From: Candidatus Obscuribacterales bacterium
Lineage (GTDB): Bacteria; Cyanobacteriota; Vampirovibrionia; Obscuribacterales; Obscuribacteraceae
DNA length: 64,000 nt
Direction: 5' to 3'
NCBI GenBank assembly: GCA_965228855.1
Contig: CBDDIJ010000005.1
Location: 224,001-288,000, forward strand
Part shown: positions 60,701 through 64,000 of the stretch, piece after piece
Layout: the number at the start of each line of letters is the position of its first letter
How positions within the stretch are numbered: the stretch's first letter is position 1
Notes under the pieces: generated by a model
What the model was told of the DNA's origin: nothing
Seen by the model: only the letters and a program-made list of their open reading frames with translations
Database searches by the model: none
Position numbers and translations under genes: made by a program

Positions 60701-61716
60701 TCCTCGACTTTCAGTTCGAGTTCAGACTTGATCTTGATCAGATTGTCTTCGGACTGCTTCAGCTCGCTTATGTCGGTGGTGAAAGCGATAATTCCCTCGA
60801 CGACGCCGTTTCGAACATAGGGAACTTTGTCGGTGCGGAGCCACAAGCGATTTCCGTCAGCGATGGTAATCTGCTCGTAGATCTTCAACTTCGGTCGACC
60901 AGAACGGATAACCTCCAGGTCATCCGAGTAGTACTGGGCCGCGTCCACAGGGAAAAGTTCCTCCGTCCGCTTGCCGACTATGTCACCCGGTTGAATACCG
61001 CAAATTTCAGTAACTCGTCTGTTTATAGCAAGGAAGCGATTATGTTTATCCTTGTACCAAACCATAACCGGCACGGCGTCCAGCAGAATCTGATATTCCT
61101 CTTCAAACTGCGACTCAGTTTTAGCTTTAGACGCCGACTTCAAAAGAGTTGAAAACATCAAAGTCAGCTTTCGCATAAGCGGAATCGCGGTTTCGTCCAA
61201 CGCATCACTGGACTCGAACAGCAGTTCAAAAACGTACGCCCGATTGCCGGGCAGAAGTATTGGCAGGAAAACGCCACTGCGCAACTTACTCAGTCCGATT
61301 TCCGCGTGGCGCAGGATGTTTGCGTCCTCCTGAAACTCGGAGAAATAAATGACGTCTTTGCCCTGGACGGCTCTGATGGCCAACAGGTTGCAGTCGGTCG
61401 AATCGAGATTTAGACTGGCGACCCGAAGGAGAGGGTACGACTGAGCATTCACAGCCAACTGTTCCAGGCAAACGGCTCGACCCGAAGCACCGTGCATCTC
61501 GTCATAACGCCAGACCTGAGCGAACTGGGCGTTGAAGAAACCGGCCAGCATGACAAGCCACCGACCGAGGTCGGTTTCCGGCTCATCGCTGGGTGCTTGT
61601 GAAAGAATTTCCTCTATCAGGGCGAGTTCATGCGCCAGGCGATCGAACTCGCTTTGGAGATTCTCATTGTTGGAGGCCATACTCGACTCCGCGGTCCTAT
61701 TTCGATGATAGAACAT
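57766..61716 (-). CDS. Hybrid histidine kinase (GAF, 3x PAS, HisKA, HATPase, 2x REC, HPt)
   Basis: [41 protein letters not shown]. Confidence 0.95.
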   Translation of the reverse strand: MFYHRNRTAESSMASNNENLQSEFDRLAHELALIEEILSQAPSDEPETDLGRWLVMLAGFFNAQFAQVWRYDEMHGASGRAVCLEQLAVNAQSYPLLRVASLNLDSTDCNLLAIRAVQGKDVIYFSEFQEDANILRHAEIGLSKLRSGVFLPILLPGNRAYVFELLFESSDALDETAIPLMRKLTLMFSTLLKSASKAKTESQFEEEYQILLDAVPVMVWYKDKHNRFLAINRRVTEICGIQPGDIVGKRTEELFPVDAAQYYSDDLEVIRSGRPKLKIYEQITIADGNRLWLRTDKVPYVRNGVVEGIIAFTTDISELKQSEDNLIKIKSELELKVEERDQEIATANIFFTLSRELLCIANLKGYFTRLNPVWSERLGYSLEELYSRPYSEFVHPDDRHLTSAIDVKLMAGGSVRDFENRYVAKDGSIRYFRWSATSFGDSIYAVAYDVTDRRLVEEELLVANDRFVNIGQHMPGIIYQFVVRPNGDFHFPYVSEGSKEVLGYEAHEIEADASLAFKVMHPDDAAAMKKLSLESAANLTVFRYEGRVLAPNGTMRFIQATSTPARLENGDVLFNGLVMDVTDLKRAQEEVRKLNADLEERVKSLGRANEKLETLTQQLEQAYDKAMEASKLKSEFVANISHEIRTPLSAVIGMSDLLLDTSLDQQQREYAGTARDSAKSLLVIINDILDFSKIEAGKIELEDIDFELQNIVEGSVDIFIKDAAAKKLSVMTHVEPELPRIVTGDPVRIRQILINLVSNAVKFTYDGEVIVRVRPVPAPGTVGDGTSFNASPGDAKSFVRFEVSDTGIGMPESIRQRLFTPFAQADGSTTRRYGGTGLGLSICKRLVELMGGEIGFDSSEGGGTTFWFCLPLAAAQGVVELPLSSAEKTGEAVFLYSGSESTKTIVGSYIESEGAAVHHATTLGSILYGLDSALKNGTAPKAVLVDSGVESIDALNIIDAIRREAKHKDLKLVFLTDVHQRDLGEKACERGADLCVYKPFRRTDLLSAVFVRPKDTSSGRVGQHKGSSNRKVTGPIRILVVEDNNLMRGLTIKQLEKFGIETDFATNGSEAVEKTLKNEYSLVLMDCQMPVMDGFESTLEIRKREFVKGGHIPIIAMTAFAMAGDREQCLASGMDDYLSKPVTIDQLELMLEKWLSDVFTPPAHMVYASGSSSEGGGSKPVSKSDDSAVATMIDDQQGLKISDSDTPLMDIEMVIEHYGKNSLREILTSFIDELEELVPAVAVEVKNGDIEMVGRLAHQLKGLASVLSATKMNEIALNLEAACRESRSEDITEHAGELVRAKQSLISFINQFLASN

Positions 61717-61792
61717 GGCTAATTAGTTAGTCCGATTTCTTAAGAATCGGGCCTAGCTTCGCAAGCATTCGGGCTATAGACTGACTGATCTG

Positions 61793-63100
61793 ATGCGCCC
61801 CCCGAAAGAACTTTACTACCTGCTCGCTGCGACCCTAGCCGCCCGTCTACCATGGGTTTTCATGGTTCCGATGTGGGAAGCTCCGGATGAAAACACCCAC
61901 TTTTGGGTGATTAAATTTATGGCAGAGAATCTCCGCCTACCTGGACCGGCGGAACTGACAGCAGGTGGACAGCAATCGGTCTACGTCCCCCTTCCTCACT
62001 TCGGTTATGTGCCGCATATCCTTGCCATGTGGGCGTTATCGGGAATACTGGACCCGTCCATGGCACCCAGGTTCGGCAGTCTCTTGCTTTCCCCGCTGAT
62101 GACCTATTTTGCCTGGTGGTTGGGTCGAGAGCTTTTTCCTGACAAAAAACTGTGCGCGCTGGCCGTTCCCCTTCTCGTTGTTTTTCACCCTCAGCTTGTG
62201 CTCGTGCACAGTTACTCTAACAATGACATTACGTCCTCGACTATCGCCTCCGCCTTACTTTGCCTGAGTGTGCTGATAATCAAACGTGGTCTATCCATGC
62301 CGCTCTCTCTATTATTCGGCTTCCTGTGCGGATGGCTGGCGCTAACAAAGTACACCGGTTATGCGGTACTACCTGCGGTGGCTCTCGCCTATTTGCTTGC
62401 CGCCTGGATACACCGGCAAAGCTTTGTCGAACTCTTGAAGAATGCCACCACTGCTTTGGCGCTGACCGTGACGATCGCCGCGCCCTGGTTTGCTCGCAAC
62501 TACCAGCTATACGACGGCGATTTCATGGGCACGCAGACCATGCGCCGAAATTGGGCACAGCTCTACAACCGCCCGCTCGAGTACTACGTCAGCCCGTTCA
62601 AAATTTTAGTCGACCGCAAGTGGTGGCGGATGATGTATTTCAGCTATTGGGGCATGTTTGGCTACATGACTCGGCCGCTCATAAAACCACTTTATTGGAC
62701 TTACACGGTTTACCTTGCTGCTGCTGCAATTAGTCTGCTGACCGCCTTGTTCAAGAACAAAGCCCAAAATATCGCCGACCTTCGTCAAAAACTACAGAAT
62801 CCCGAGCGTAAAACCTTTACGCACCAGGCGATTTGGCTTGTCATGCTAGTCTGTCTTCTGGCGAATTTGGCAGCAATGATTCTCGCCTCGACCGGAAACG
62901 TCGGTGGTCCACAGGGCCGTTATTTATTCACTTCAGAAGTTCCATTCCTCGCGCTAATCGTTCTTGGTCTAAACCTCACAGGCGACGTGTGGGGAAAACG
63001 ACTCTTGTACTCACTCCTAGCGTTCAATCTCATCGTCTACATTTGGTCATGGGCGATGCTGTTTCCGATTTACGGATTCCGCTGGAAGAGCTTCGGTTAG
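61793..63100 (+). CDS. GT-C fold glycosyltransferase (PMT/ArnT/DUF2142-like)
   Basis: APDENTH, SNND, LTKYTG, QGRYLF, multiple TM helices. Confidence 0.8.
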   Translation: MRPPKELYYLLAATLAARLPWVFMVPMWEAPDENTHFWVIKFMAENLRLPGPAELTAGGQQSVYVPLPHFGYVPHILAMWALSGILDPSMAPRFGSLLLSPLMTYFAWWLGRELFPDKKLCALAVPLLVVFHPQLVLVHSYSNNDITSSTIASALLCLSVLIIKRGLSMPLSLLFGFLCGWLALTKYTGYAVLPAVALAYLLAAWIHRQSFVELLKNATTALALTVTIAAPWFARNYQLYDGDFMGTQTMRRNWAQLYNRPLEYYVSPFKILVDRKWWRMMYFSYWGMFGYMTRPLIKPLYWTYTVYLAAAAISLLTALFKNKAQNIADLRQKLQNPERKTFTHQAIWLVMLVCLLANLAAMILASTGNVGGPQGRYLFTSEVPFLALIVLGLNLTGDVWGKRLLYSLLAFNLIVYIWSWAMLFPIYGFRWKSFG

Positions 63101-63215
63101 TGGCAAAACGCAAAGCGCTTGAAAGCTTTTGCGTAATTCTCCCACTGAAAGCTAGCAAACTCACAACTATTGGCTTACAATCACAGTCTCTGTTGATCTG
63201 TTCCTGGTGCACATC

Positions 63216-63785
63216 ATGAATCAGACAAATTTAAAAGGCGCTTTGCTCGTCGTTGGTGGCATAGTCATCGGAGTCGTTTTGACCGTGACTTGTATGAACG
63301 CGGTCGGACATTCCAACGCCGAACAGCAAGTCATGGTACCGGCTGCGAACGCGCAACCGCCAGGCGCCGTTGCGGCGGAAACTCATCACGCCATTCCCGC
63401 TCCAACGGTAAACACAATTGGGAACAAGCAGACCGCCGTTTCCCAAACACCAGTCGCACCACATGCGACACCAGTTGAGGACGATAAACATCCGCATGAC
63501 TGGATCACACCTGCAGATCTGGCGAAACAAAATACAGCGAAGGACGGCACGGCAGCGGACCCCAATAGTCCGCAATATAAATCGTCACATCAGACTTATT
63601 ACGTTTATGGCGGTGACGGGTCCATTCCGGATCACAGCGCTCTTCCAACAGCCGTATCCGGTGTTGTAAGCAACGGACAACCTATGCAGACGGTTACAGT
63701 TGAAACAAATTACGTTTACACAAATTGCGTGGACCCACCTTCGGTGACTCGCGGTCGCTATTACCGAAGACCTCCGGTTCACTAA
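63216..63785 (+). CDS. Hypothetical membrane-anchored/exported protein
   Basis: N-terminal hydrophobic helix and a low-complexity body. Confidence 0.6.
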   Translation: MNQTNLKGALLVVGGIVIGVVLTVTCMNAVGHSNAEQQVMVPAANAQPPGAVAAETHHAIPAPTVNTIGNKQTAVSQTPVAPHATPVEDDKHPHDWITPADLAKQNTAKDGTAADPNSPQYKSSHQTYYVYGGDGSIPDHSALPTAVSGVVSNGQPMQTVTVETNYVYTNCVDPPSVTRGRYYRRPPVH

Positions 63786-63790
63786 GAAAA

Positions 63791-64000
63791 CTATTCGAGC
63801 TTTTTCACGCCGTCGGCATGATAAGCGTGTTTCGCTTTCTTCTGAACGACCATGCCGAAGTGATTCAACTTCACCTTCGAGTCCATGTCGTGCCAGCGGG
63901 TTAGGAACTCGTCAGTCGGAATATACGTGTAATTGCCTAGAGTAGACGGGTCCATAAAGTAGACGTTTCCGTCATCGTACCCGATCGCTACTACATAGTG
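63791..64000 (-). CDS. C-terminal part of a C39-like cysteine peptidase (5' end outside window)
   Basis: Manual translation HYVVAIGYDDGNVYFMDPSTLGNYTYIPTDEFLTRWHD...KKLE*; His and Asp of the triad. Not in the ORF track. Confidence 0.85.
   Translation of the reverse strand, partial: HYVVAIGYDDGNVYFMDPSTLGNYTYIPTDEFLTRWHDMDSKVKLNHFGMVVQKKAKHAYHADGVKKLE

Noticed and set aside
26350..63219. Numerous 60-280 aa ORFs overlapping core genes (e.g. 28049-28882, 45454-45990, 54585-55175)
   Set aside because: Antisense or alternate-frame shadows of well-supported genes, with no recognisable motifs.

Overview
Bacterial genomic window in two parts. The gene repertoire (TM Ser/Thr kinase with LRR/TPR, many TPR proteins, SpoIID, DUF3160, C39-RHS) suggests a Melainabacteria/Obscuribacterales-like organism; this is inference only. 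Positions 1-25.9 kb form a composite accessory island downstream of a minus-strand tRNA-Pro(UGG) at 25881-25954. It holds: a window-truncated AAA/OLD-type ATPase absent from the ORF track; a tightly coupled four-gene operon DprA-HAD-DprA-(HAD-like/PRTase/Zn-ribbon) resembling an expanded ShosTA/DprA-PRTase defence module; two damaged tyrosine integrases; an IS481 with one nonsense codon inserted in an att-like junction beside a tRNA-Arg 3' half; a 12.4 kb two-gene secreted module (5x LamG-like repeat protein, then a signal peptide-TPR-C39 peptidase-RHS protein with a ~600 aa internal insertion and a Cys-His-Asp tip, with no co-oriented immunity gene); and a scrambled IS21 remnant. Positions 26-64 kb look like core chromosome: MBOAT/SGNH, class II aldolase, histidine phosphatase, kinase, VOC, EamA plus a frameshifted opine dehydrogenase with a repeat-rich structured leader, AAC(6')-like GNAT, CHAT-TPR, OmpR regulator, SpoIID, serA, penicillin acylase, hybrid kinase, GT-C glycosyltransferase. 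All family calls come from motif recognition by eye; no searches were run.
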